Shown here in pieces: positions 22,210 through 34,713 of a stretch of DNA of 42,340 nucleotides (within the stretch, counting starts at the first letter, position 1; each line of letters opens with the position of its first letter). A model generated the notes under the pieces. That model did not search any database. It was not told where the DNA came from and worked only from the letters and a program-made list of their open reading frames with translations. Made by a program: the position numbers and the translations under genes. Source of the stretch: Sphaeroforma arctica JP610. Lineage: Eukaryota. The stretch spans positions 38,540 through 80,879 of the forward strand of contig NW_014040182.1 of NCBI RefSeq assembly GCF_001186125.1. Direction: 5' to 3'.

Positions 22210-23639
22210 NNNNNNNNNNNNNNNNNNNNTATATATATATATTTATTTATTTATTTATTTATGTATTAGGCCAGTTTTAGGAATCAAGACTTGTCCGTGG
22301 TAGGCAATTCTTATGTGCGCCACTGTGCACGTGAAATGGAGTGTCGCGTAACACGCGAACGAATCTGAATCCGAAGTTGTGCAGCACTCGAGAACTCAGT
22401 TTGATTTGTCGGCCTGGTATAGTGGTACCGGCTGCGACGCAGGTACTATTCTGCTGAGATTGGACTAGTACCGCCCAAACTGTGAGATGGCATGAAACTT
22501 GCAGCGCCATTGGAGTGTCCTTTCAAAGTTCTTGGAGGAAGGGTACTTGAGTGTAGTTAACCGCCATCGGCTTCTTCCCGCCAAAAGGTCGGAGCTATTG
22601 TACGCAAAATCTGGCTGATTAACCGAGTTGATGTCTCACTCACTCTATGACAGTAGGATCCACCAATCCACTGTGCCAGTAGTCGATATTTCGTATCCTG
22701 GTTAGCAGCTACAGCGCTCGATAAGTGTACAAGACAAGCTGTATGCTCATTCAGTTCACCACGGCCTGGGTTAACGGTAGCCATAGGCTTCCAAAAGGAT
22801 CAGCGATTGCTGAGGCATATAGTGGTGTAGTGAAGATCTGAGTATATAATCAAACGTATCATTTTAGTCTCTGCAGCCATACAATGGAGTCAACGTCTGG
22901 TTGTATGAGCTACCAGTACGCACGAGATAAGCAACGTACGAACTAGTAACTCTGGTGAATAGTTAGTCGTGAATATCAGTTAGTTACTAGGTGGTCAAAG
23001 GTACTTGTTCATACATGTATTGGCAGTATCGATTTGCTGGAAATGCACATCCTGAGTCCCATTGGCAGGTTCTACAGCTTTTGTGAAGCATAATGTACAG
23101 TTGAAATTTAGATGCTTTCGCTATCCTGGGCAATGTTGGTAAATGATCCTATAGTCGTTCATCCTCTGCTACGTGCCTATACAGACACAAAGGTTTGGCT
23201 CAAAATAAATTAAATGAATATTATAACTATGTTACAGCGCAAGAGTTTACACGTTGGTAGGCATAGGAATTTACCAAATAGGGCGAAAGTGTGGATACAC
23301 ATCACACCACCTCGCTCAATTCTCTTTTAATATTTCCATGACAAGCGAATTGTCGGATACTCGAGGAAACGAATCCTAATACATTGCCCTGCTGGTAATT
23401 GATATTTCAACACACAGGTGCAGATTGACAGTCCGGTACATATGTCCTTGAACCCTGAAGTAACATTGTGGACAGCTATTAATAATATAACGCAAATTTG
23501 ACAAACCACAGATAGGCAAGCATTGGTATATCTGATTAGACAAGTGCTAGTCAATGGTTTACTCAGTTCAAAGCTATGACTATTTGACCAATTCTGCGAA
23601 CCGAAAATAGGATCCGGCAGTAGCAGTAGTCAATATATG

Positions 23640-23820
23640 TGTATAGAAGCGCATTGGAACAGAAATACATGCAGTAAATGCACGTTAGCATATATATGTA
23701 TCCAATACATACTCAGATATGTATAGAATACACGCACATTGGCACAGAAACGCATGCAATACTTGCACGTTAGCTGTATACAATAGATGCACGTTGGCAC
23801 AGATATGTATACAGATACAG
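23640..23820 (+). repeat. Imperfect tandem repeats (TTGGCACAGA / TGCACGTTAGC modules)
   Basis: Modules recur 2-3 times at roughly 80-bp spacing. Confidence 0.6.
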
Positions 23821-23851
23821 AACAAGTTCTTCATGTCAACTAATCTTTTAT

Positions 23852-24051
23852 TCAGTTACTCCTTGTAGATGTATTTCAAGGGGTGAAGTACTAATACTGA
23901 GAGATTATTGCTGTCAGTGGCTTATCATAGGCAGACTAGTTAGTTCCTGGAGTCAGCAAGGTAACAGTAGGCGGAGCACACATGTGCATGTGTATTTTAG
24001 TGGGGGCGCATGTGTACATTACGAGGTACAGGTGCACATGGGCCTGGGCAG
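23852..24051. repeat. Diverged direct repeat, copy A (pairs with 26211-26441)
   Basis: Shared blocks TTCAAGGGGTGAAGTACT, CTGAGAGATTA, AGTCAGCAAG and GAGGTACAGGTGCAC.TGGGCCTGGG. Confidence 0.85.
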
Positions 24052-26210
24052 TTGGGACCGACACGTGTGGACTGGTCCTAATAGTACTCGGGTGAATCAG
24101 GGGTTGGTGGCCGAAATCAGGAGACGGTGGCAGGGGGTTAACAGCAGGGAGAAAGTCATGGTAGAGCAGACAGAGTCGGGGCGTGTGATAGTGCATATCT
24201 ACAAGTTAATCGATACACGTCTGAGCGAAATTGAAGGTTAGAAACCGATGCACGTCTTGGGAGCGTGTTAGGTCGCGGAAAGCCGACATCAACAGCTGAA
24301 TCGAGTCATGCTTGAGTTTCCATATGGTCAAGAGTTTCTGGAGGGAAGTTGTGAATTCGGCGAAATGGTAACAGCGGCGTAATTGTTTCAAGATCCCTGG
24401 TTAGTTAGTGATACGATTGGAGTGGGCAGCAAAGAAATCTTCGTCGTCCTCAGTATCCCGGCTAGATCTAGAATGCCCGTGTTGTGTACATAGACATCTT
24501 CATTTAGTATAGGCACAGTTTATGCCGTATTGAAAACGAACAGAATGCGAATATAAACCACAGGCGTCCATGTTTAGTCATCATCGAGGAGAATTCAGCC
24601 TCGTTAAAGACAAAGGGGGCAAAAAAAGTTGTTGTGACATTCACTCTTGGAACCAACTCCGGGCGTCCAAAAGATGAGTAAATCTTCATGTTCTTACCAT
24701 GGGCCCGGTATTTCATATTAACATGCCTTTGATGTAGTGCATCACAGGGGGGCATGGGCAGTTACAACCGCTGGGCCGAGCCAGCCAGTAGAGCACCTGG
24801 TGGCCTACAGCGATCATAGGGCACTCAATGCGGTGAAGATCTGCTGCCACTTTTTAGGAAAGTTTGGCACCCGCGATATGGAGAATGGCCAACAAGTCAC
24901 GTCCCAATGGGGGCTCGTCCACCCGGGCTTCAAACCCCGGACGCTGTGACATCGGCATCCAATAGGGACATTACTTCGGACCTGGAAGAGTGAGGACAGG
25001 CACGGCCAGTGTCGAGCGTGTAGGGTGTTGTGTTGATGACAATGGACCATGTTACGATGTAGTTGGCAAAGAATATGGGAACCTGTGTTCGCCGTGAATG
25101 GTACAGACCCACCGAGAGTGAGCGCTTTAGCCATCCTTTGAGAGTCTTGAGAAAAACCTTAACGCGCCTATTACTCGTATGTTCCACCGGTGGTAACATA
25201 ATGTCTGTCAGCGTTTTTGGCAGCCACATGGCGGTGAACACCTGGCTGCGCATTGGGCTGTCTTTATCTATGAATACCGCTGGACGTGGTTTCGTGGGCG
25301 GAGTTGTTCATCCCAGAACTGTATCAGGTGAGTCGATGTGTATTCGTCCAGTCGGTCACATGTGTCTTAGGCGCGCAGGGCGAAACCATTCAGAGCCGCC
25401 AAGACTTGGTTGAAACTTTTCTCGTCCACCGAGTTCAGAATGTAGGCCAAGTTGACCTCGTGGTATATTCAGGTAGGGCGGTCCGGCTGTCGCAGGAGTC
25501 CTCGCTTATGTTCAAGAGGTACGGATGCAGTTTCCACGCGTGTCCAAAATTTGCTGGCCAGTACATTCCAGAAGCACCTGACCTGGATCCGTTTTTGAAG
25601 GCCGTCAGCACTCAGCCAGTACTTGACTGTACCGCTCGTGGAGTCTCTATACGATCTCCAGGGCCGGAGGGCGGAAACCAGGACATCAGACCGTAACTGG
25701 AGGTGGTCCAGCGCCGAGTAGACATCGGGAGGTCGAGGGTGGTGAGGCGCCTTAGGGGGTGTAGGGGGTGGTGAGGTGCCTCAGGAGGTGGTGATGAGCT
25801 TTACTTCGCTGTCGTACGGCGGTTAGCCAACGGTATATTTGTCGAGAAATGGCGAGACACCGTATAGTCAATCTGCGGGGGTGAACGGATCACATCGCCG
25901 GCTAGGAGGGTGTTCACGTTCGGCGAGACCAGCAAGGGTTCATCCTCAACGCTGGCTGCATAAACTAGGTCGCCAGTGCCAAGGGTGCCAAAGGGTACTT
26001 CCTGAAACTCGTAAAATAGAGAGAGCGCCGGGAGGTCGTCTGTGCTTTGCAGCAGGTCGGATTCAAAGTCTAGAAGTGAGTAGCTCCTTTTTCCACCCGG
26101 ATTACTGGCAGAGGCTATTTAAATTTTAGGATCCGTTAGTGATTTGTTCGTCTTTCCTAGCTACTTGAATCTCGTACGCCAATCTTGATAGTATTAACTT
26201 ATCGTTTATC
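24052..26210 (-). mobile_element. Unclassified decayed coding sequence between diverged direct repeats (probable TE)
   Basis: Long near-open minus-strand frames broken by stops (e.g. DVLVSALRPWRSYRDSTSGTVKYWL...EVNLAYILNSVDEKSFNQVLAAL). No diagnostic RT, IN or YR motif was recognised. Confidence 0.35.
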
Positions 26211-26441
26211 AAGTTACTTCTTGCTGACGTGCTTCAAGGGGTGAAGTACTTGAACTGAGAGATTACTGCTTAGTCAGCTGGCGAATACAGGTAGGCTTAT
26301 ATAGGTACAGTCTAGTTGATCCCAGAAGTCAGCAAGATAGCAGCAGGTGGTAGTACCCATGTACATGTGTATCTTAGCGTATGTGTGTGTGGGGGGGGAA
26401 GCATTTGTACTCTAGGAGGTACAGGTGCACCTGGGCCTGGG
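26211..26441. repeat. Diverged direct repeat, copy B (pairs with 23852-24051), truncated by an N-gap
   Basis: Same conserved blocks as copy A. Confidence 0.85.
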
Positions 26442-29400
26442 AAANNNNNNNNNNNNNNNNNNNNNNNNNNNNNNNNNNNNNNNNNNNNNNNNNNNNNNNN
26501 NNNNNNNNNNNNNNNNNNNNNNNNNNNNNNNNNNNNNNNNNNNNNNNNNNNNNNNNNNNNNNNNNNNNNNNNNNNNNNNNNNNNNNNNNNNNNNNNNNNN
26601 NNNNNNNNNNNNNNNNNNNNNNNNNNNNNNNNNNNNNNNNNNNNNNNNNNNNNNNNNNNNNNNNNNNNNNNNNNNNNNNNNNNNNNNNNNNNNNNNNNNN
26701 NNNNNNNNNNNNNNNNNNNNNNNNNNNNNNNNNNNNNNNNNNNNNNNNNNNNNNNNNNNNNNNNNNNNNNNNNNNNNNNNNNNNNNNNNNNNNNNNNNNN
26801 NNACACCATAGTTTTAGTACTAATATAGAACGTGTGAAGCATGACAAAAGCATTACCCCTGCGCTAGCCAGCGATATCCCCACGTCTTTCATTTACGAGC
26901 AACGCGATATACTAAGAATTGAGATATAAGCATAACAGGAAGTTCGAGAGGCTTCAGCGGTAGGTGATTATAGTAGCGCTTGTAATGCACGCTTTTCAAG
27001 AAGCTTGATCTACCTGCATTCTGTAAGAAACACGGGGGAGCCAAACCTTACTGTTTTGCGATTATTGTTCGAGTACTTTTAAAATAACGACCATTTAGAA
27101 AGCATCACACTCTGGAACACTATTGTACGAAAACGAGCTGTCAAGGCTAAGCAGGCAGATGATGAAGCTGACAATTATGCAGATAGTGTTGAAGATGAAA
27201 CTGAAATAGCGCGTAGGGGGAAATATGAAGATAACTCTGTTCATGGTTTTCTTCATTGATTGTCGTGATTTTATGGGTACTTCTGATGCTCAATTTGATA
27301 GTGAGTCGACTGCTTGTAGGTATTATTATACTTTTACAATAGCGAAGTCAATATATTCAAAGCGCGCCAAACATTTCCAACCGCACTTAAAGCAGCAGCT
27401 TGTACACCACCTAAAACCAATGCTGTTCTCGATGTGCACGACGATGTCACCTTATTCATTGATGATTGTAATGAAAGGAAGGTTGAATCACTGATGTAGG
27501 TCTCGAATGATCTTCAATTTACATCCCTGGTGATTTTAAAAAGCGTACTACAACCAAAAATAATGTCATCTCTTGCGCAAATAGTCTTTTTGCCACGTAA
27601 CAAAAGGTTAATGTAGGACGTCAACGGATATTCGAAGACACAACCATATGGTATAACAATGCGTACTGCAGGAGCTATTGGCAGAGTAGTAACCACTGTT
27701 GCAAAAACAATATTTGTATGCTATCTTTACGATAAATAACTCGCCTTCCGCTATGAATTGGAACATCACTTAATTTATGTATATACACCACGTAAAAAGC
27801 AGAACGGCCAGCTCACAATTTCACAGCGGAGAGTTACTGATGGTCGGTCAATTGCCAGAGAACGTATAAACGAATGAAAGAATTTAATTGCTACAGTGCT
27901 ATAAATTATTTGCATGGGCGGGTACTTTCTTTTTTCGCGATAGACATTGCTAATCACATATACAGGCCGCCAGAGGTGTAGTAAATTTACAAGCCCAAAT
28001 AACTGATCTGTGGCAAAATAATCCCGGCGATATTAATTCAGACTCTGAGAAGCCGACAATGCCGGTTGAGGATGATACTACAATGCACATACATGATGAA
28101 GCCACTACTTATCTAAGCTAGGGAATCAAATTAATAGAGATACTTATTTAGATACAGTCTGTGCTATTCAAAATAATCTAGATCCGATATTACATACATT
28201 TTCAATACTAGATACTTATATCTGTACTAAACTTTATTTCAGCGCTGTATGTCATAAAAGGATCGGTCTCAACTTGAGTTGGCGGTTGTCGTAGAGCTGC
28301 CCTGTCTGTTATCGACAATAAAATGAATTGATCAAGCACAAACGTGCACAGAAAATCACAACTATTCTTCACGAAATTTACTATTAGTTCGATCAAGGGT
28401 TGAGCATTTAATTAAGAGCCATTAAAACACTTTGTCCCGGTGTTATCGCATCAGTGAATCCCGCCGCACCAAGCTTGGTTACTCTCTCCTATACTAAACG
28501 CACGTGCACACAGTCAACATGGTCGTGGTACGGACTGAGTATTTTGTTTTCGCTGTGGAAAATCCTTGTATTAAAAATCAAGTCGAGCTTAGTATAGGGT
28601 GTTAAGCCTGAATAAGCTAACACAGTCAGAAGTGCCGTTATGAACGGCGCGCCTGCTATATTTATTGATCAATTTCATATGTGTGACGAAATTTTCTCTA
28701 GCAACGGGTAATATAAAAATACCTGGCCTCTTAGTTAGTAAATTATGACGACGTTAGGTAAGTCATTTATATTATCTCCTATTCATTTCTATATTATGCT
28801 ATTCCGGTCGGTCATCTGGTCCGGTACTAAAATATTCTCTAGGTTCGGTCCTCTGGTCCGGTCCTGAATATCCACCTAGGGTACTTTGTCCACATCTTCG
28901 CCAATTTGGAGTCTGGTCTATCGACGAATTATTCCGCGAAAGATCTGCTACAAAATCGGAAATAAAATACAAGGGAAGTATCCTGTACACATCGTGAGGT
29001 TATTGCAACATCGTAAGATTAGCAATGTTGCAAAACGTGAAATATGAAGAAAAAGATCCCTATTTATCTAACTGTGAACAGACAAGCGTGCCTGTTGAAT
29101 ATTGATATATTGACTTTCTATTTATGTATATGTCGGGTTGTTTTGTTCAACTAGATGAATATCATAAAACTGGAACTGTTTTAAAACTTATTTCTATTTC
29201 TAGCACGATTATGTCCTTTACATGTTCCGCCTATACGTAATAATACTATACCAAATCAACACCTCTCAGGGCGACTCTAGCGACTGATGCAAGGTAGCCC
29301 GCTTGAAAGTGCGGTTACTCACCGACTCTTCAGTGCTCACGCAAAGTTCAATGCGCCGTGTTCTCTGTGGTTGCAGGCCACGGAGCTAGTGTACAGTTGC

Positions 29401-30009
29401 TCGCCTGCACTCTAAACTTATAGATAAACTTGCCACCCATGACGAACGCTTGTGTCTAACTACGCGTAGCGTCGTATTGCCGTGTTCTATTCCGATGTAC
29501 TTCACAATGCTGCGGAGCAATATGCAATAGTAAAACAATTACGCCGCACCTCTGCACGTTCTTTTGGTATAAATCTTTATGCCCGTCGAATGTAGATGTG
29601 TCAGCTATTGTGAAATCTTAGGCGCAAGCTATGTATTTATCCAAAAAGACTATGTATTAATATTTATTAATCTATAAGATGTTATATCGTACATCTGTTT
29701 GTGTGTTGACAACACGCGCATACAGAACGGTCCTAACCCCGGTCAGACAAACCATCGTCCAAGGCTGCTTTAACCTTGTACGAGCCGTCGCTGTCTTCGA
29801 CTCTCTCACGTCTGAATACGTTTACGATAAGCCGTCACCCATATAGAAAGCTGACAGTGTTTTACGGCATACGAATCTTCTAAGTAGCAATCGTGATGAA
29901 TAGAGAAGTGATTTCGATATACTAGTACATCGATTGATACATTCGAAGTATCCTGATTGTCTTTCATTTCCTCTGGTGGGCGTGGGCGTCGATAGCGTTA
30001 TAACTTCTC

Positions 30010-32050
30010 ACGCATCCCGAGAAGGCTGCTGACTTCAGACCAATCGCATTAACACCGATATTCCGTAAGTTTTCATACTCACAATAATCCCCACTTTTCA
30101 TAGGCGCCAAGCATTTGAATATAGCAGCACACAAGTAGGCTATAGAAACAGATACTCAGCCCTAGGCCACGCCCTAACCCTCACGAACGCATCACTCTAA
30201 GAATTCGACGACACTCGACGAAGTACAAACATCATCTGGCCTTTCTCGATCTCAAGCAAGCCTGTGATCGCGTAAATCACGCACGCCTCACCCAACTTCT
30301 CCGACAACGGGGAGCCCCAGAACTGAATAAAAAACTCCTATGAAAATACTGATATTCCGCCCATTGGATATATGCCTACACCATCACGATACTAGTGCTC
30401 TACGAGTTCTTATGAATAACGGCCACAACTGGGCGATCGACTCAGGAATGGAATTTAACAGACTCGAATGCAAATTCATCCCAGGCACTTGCACAGACAT
30501 ACCTCCTGACTCCGCTATGGGACTAATTCCGACCGTAAAATTATTCGAATACCTCGGACTACCATTCAAGAAAGACGGAATAATGTTTGGTACACTGATG
30601 CAATCCCTTGTTGCGCTAAGTGTTGCAATTCGCCTAGCTACCCCCTTGGGCTTCAACGCTGGACAGCAAACACACCCGTATGCAAAACTAATCCTATACA
30701 AAACATTCCTACAATCTAGAATTGTATATGGACTCAGCATCGTGGCGCTTGCGATACCCTGCATTACGCACAAACATGACATCCCCAGCCTCATCAAGTA
30801 TCTAGATAATCTCATCCTCCAAAGTGCTGCCACGATCTGCAACCGTAAAATCTCTTTGATAATCAAGCGACCAGCAAACAAAAACATACTCTTACAGCTC
30901 ACTGGACTCCTATAGAGCATGCGGCCCTAATCACCCCCTGAAAATACTGATATCCCGCCCATTGGTAAGAGTGCAACAATCAATCGAATCCAAACTACCC
31001 TGGCCTACCACGGCTCTGCACACGAGTTCTATCAATAAATACTCCACAAAGCTGAAGAACTCAAAAGAGAAAACAAGAACAGACCAGCAGCAGCCAACTG
31101 GCATATAGCAGTCCGCTCCCATAAAATATCAGCGCTACACAGAAATATTGCCAAGGACAGCAACTTTGAAGACTACGTCTTTAAACTTCGCTCGACGAGA
31201 CCCATAATTATATAAAAATTATGGAAACTAAAATACCTTCTGGTACACCATAGACACCTCAACAACAGGAAAGCTCAGTGCCCTGTACATATCCCTACAC
31301 TACTATCAGCATCACACACGCATTGTATTGAGGCAACCCTACAACGCCTCACAGGCCCGTTGCCACGCCACATAACGCCGACCCTCACTTGGCTAATAGA
31401 CCACGACGCATGGACCCAAATGACATCCATACACGATCATCTTCGCCACTTATTGAGTATCCGACTCCCAGTTTCCACAAGACAGGCTCGAACCCAATTG
31501 CAGACATTGTTCCAATACACAGTTTTTATACAACCGATCCTAGAGAGTATTAGCTTTGGTGCTTTCACAGCAACCGCATACACACACTTCACTCACACCA
31601 ACAGAGATACAATATATTCCACAGCTAAGCTCTATATGGGTGCCTGACGACAGAATATTGTCGATATATGGCTATGTAACACGGAAGCAGTTCACAGCGG
31701 TTGGCTTCCATCCCACACCAAAGAGCATGCTAAATGCAACTCTCCTAGCTATACTACTCCTAGTATGGCTCCCAAAGGTCATACACGGCAGACCTTCACG
31801 GTTAAACAACGGCAAACTATTCCTAATCGCAATAACCAGCCCTAATCTGAACCCACAACTAATTAAGCAATGGAAAGCTATAGTTCCACTACTTGTACAG
31901 ATAACCATCCTATTGCCTGTCACAGCACATAGACAACAAATCCGTCCAGTGTTTTGGCATGGTAACACCACGATCACTGCTGGAATGGAAGTGGCTGCTA
32001 AGACGCACTACTAAAGTAGATGAAATTTGTTTTTCGCATACATAGTTAAA
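30010..32050 (+). mobile_element. Decayed LINE-like retrotransposon, related to the 20.0-22.2 kb element
   Basis: DFRPIALTPIFRK (about 30031), QVGYR, FLDLKQACDRVNH (about 30243), WAIDSGMEFNRLEC, FEYLGLPF, KLILYKTFLQSRIVYGL and QCPVHIPTLLSASHTHCI. The PQG and (Y/F)xDD blocks are missing (internal deletion). Confidence 0.85.
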
Positions 32051-32529
32051 TTCCTATGTATGCCACCATGGACCCAGTAATACTATTTTAACATTTACTA
32101 TCTCCGCGTGATAGTACTACCAAGTTCTCGAGTCCATTCCATTACGCAAAAAATCTAACAAAAAAAAACTCCCTTGAACCTGTCCAGGAATTTCTTTGTG
32201 AGGGCGGAGCCTCGGAGGCCGAAGGGCCGGAGGCTATGGTGCACACATCCAAGAACCAGGTCTTTTCGGTTCATTTTAAAACCCGAATAACTTTTGAACT
32301 GCAGGTCAGAATTTTGAGGGGGGAAATACGTCAATGTCTTCGCCTTGACGAGAGCTATCCAAAACTGCAATAAAATCAATTTGGTAAAATGACATATGTA
32401 TGTGATCCTGAGTCAGTACCCAAAATTTGAGTCATAAATCTCGAAATTTTTATTTACTGTGAAACTCTATATGGACATGTCTCGCATTCTACCATGCATC
32501 CTCTACGATAGGATACAGGTCTATTTTCC

Positions 32530-33040
32530 TTAGTTTTCGACTTGAACAGGGAAGTAAATTACCCTTAGGGACCTCTTCTTAAGATCAAATCTCTCACACT
32601 GCTCATAGCATATCATACCAACTCGTCGATTGCGTCCATTGATAGCCTTGAACACCCAAGCCTCGTTCCTTACGATCGCTATGTCTTGCAGTATAGTCAT
32701 AGTCAGCTATGGTCAGTTGATCTCCAATCCGGAGTTGCGAACCATATGAGGTAAAGTGTAATCCGACTACATATATCGGGTCATTAGCCACCGTTTGAAC
32801 TATCGGAGCTGAGTTATAGATATCCTCTGCAGCACCTAACTGAGTTGATATTTCCGGTTGGCTTTCTGTGCAGGTGTCAGCAACAGCACTGTCGAGACAG
32901 GCATCTTCATAAACTTTGTATGCCACTTGCATCATTTGATGGCAATCTATGTTTATCAAAAGAATCATCTGACATTGTTCTGATCCATACAGTGTACGGT
33001 TCTGTTTGTGTGTATACGAACGAACAATCAGTTCACACAC
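32530..33040 (-). pseudogene. Possible HIRAN-like domain remnant (one frameshift)
   Basis: IYVVGLHFTSYGSQLRIGDQLTI...SDR /fs/ NEAWVFKAINGRNRRVGMICYEQ resembles the HIRAN pattern VxG..Y/F...L..GD.L.L...D.NA..V...G..VG.I. Recognised by eye only. Confidence 0.33.
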
Positions 33041-33189
33041 ATTTGTATTTAAATACAGACATGCGGGCTAGGGTTGAAAAATTCTAATTATTTTTATGTG
33101 ACAGCACAAACTTTTAGACGCCTATTCTGAACACTTCAAACGTACTATCTGAAAGAATAAGCTGGACCGCAAAAGAGCATAAAAAGGTA

Positions 33190-34713
33190 CGATGAAGTCA
33201 AGCGAACTAGGCCATGGAATTAAGTGCATTGTGTGTGAAAAGACAAGTTGTAAGTGTACCGAATTAGAACATGCAATATAACGTAAGCGTGTGTACCCGC
33301 TGGCTGATTGACGGTGGCATGTGCACGTGCGAGTTAGACATCAGATCAGAGTTTGCGGAAGCTGCATCGGACGATGGCGAAGAAATAGGAGATATAGTAG
33401 AGCCTATTATAACTGATGGATAATCAGCATATGGTGGCACCGATGTAGAACACGACGACAAAAAAGACGAGACTGACCTCTGGAGATACTATATACGATA
33501 ATATCATATCCAAAGAACAATTTGAGGAATTCGACGAAGCTCTTGAAGTCATCCTGGAGTAGACAAACAACAGAAACAATGGAGGGCCTTGCGGATTGTG
33601 AGGATAAGTCTACTACTAGCGCGCTGCAGAAATGAACCTTGAGTAGTGTTGAGGTTACCGAGCGTTTGCGAAAACTGGAATCCTTCTTGAAAAACAAAGT
33701 ACCATCTTCAGCTGAGAGAGGCAGATTACAAGCGATGCGTATGTACTTAGTGAAGTGTAGATAAGCAGGTTGTACTGCGAGAAGAGAGGGGAGGAGATTG
33801 GTCGTCAAGAATGCTCCGTAGAAGTAGCGAAATCCTTGCGTGGCGAGTGTGATGATACGCAGCCAAGTAGGTCGTTCAAAAATCGTGCTCAGATTATAGG
33901 CCAGGACTTTCATCTATGGGTCTCGGTGGACATTCTGTCGACCGAACTCAGAGGTAGTGCTACAAAATCATTTTCACTACTTAGCTAATTGGATATATCA
34001 AAATGGGGTGATACATACATCGCTGAGACAGAGGTATATAAAAAGAAACCCACAAGGTCTACGACTATATATATATATATCTACTGGAGAGAAGGTCTCC
34101 AAAACTACAAAACAGGTTTGGTGTGGATGTGGTCAGTATACATGCAAATACTGCGAGCTTATGGCTAATACAAAAGCGATGTACATTCAATTGTTTTTGT
34201 AAAAGATATGTATATTGATGAATACGAACGCGTTGATGTGATTGAAAACAGGACTAAATTCGTAGATAACTTCAGGGATACAGTGCTTCCCTTCCAAACT
34301 ATATGTCGGTGATATATTGTAGGGTAAACGAAAGTCATCTACATCACCCATGATGAGATGACAGTTCACGCCAACGATGGACAGACCCATTGTTGGGGCC
34401 TACAAGGAGAAAATCCACTGATTGCAAAGGGACCGGCTAGCTCCCTCGTGAAATCAGAGTACTTAGGGGCCGACGGGGGACGTCTTAAGATTACTGAGGC
34501 AGAAATGCAAGACATGGAATCTAAAGGACTCCGGATTCCTCCTGCCAATGCTTTTATAGCACCTAGGAATGACAAGAGCGGCACGGGTAGTATTTACAAC
34601 TGGTAAGAACCGTGATGGATGATTCTCTGGTAAAGACGTGACATATCAGCTGGAGACTCGCACAATTTCAATCATAAAAAACTTGTATACGGACAACGAT
34701 GTGGTTGAGGGAG
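33190..34713 (+). mobile_element. Decayed DDE transposase (IS630/Tc1-mariner-related, HDE...GKNxDGW type), truncated by the downstream repeat
   Basis: RAQII...LRGSATKSFSLL, KDMYIDEYERVDVIENRTKF, IYITHDEMTVHANDGQTHCW..ENPLIAKG and GKNRDG*FSGKDVTYQL match my recollection of this transposase family's conserved blocks. Confidence 0.72.

Noticed and set aside
26312..26929. Long ORFs in the ORF track
   Set aside because: They are open only because they cross a run of Ns.
18090..34625. RIP-like hypermutation or stop-codon reassignment suggested by repeated Trp-to-stop changes in TEs
   Set aside because: Only a few cases, of both TAG and TGA type, alongside frameshifts. Host genes use TGG and standard stops, so ordinary transition decay explains it.
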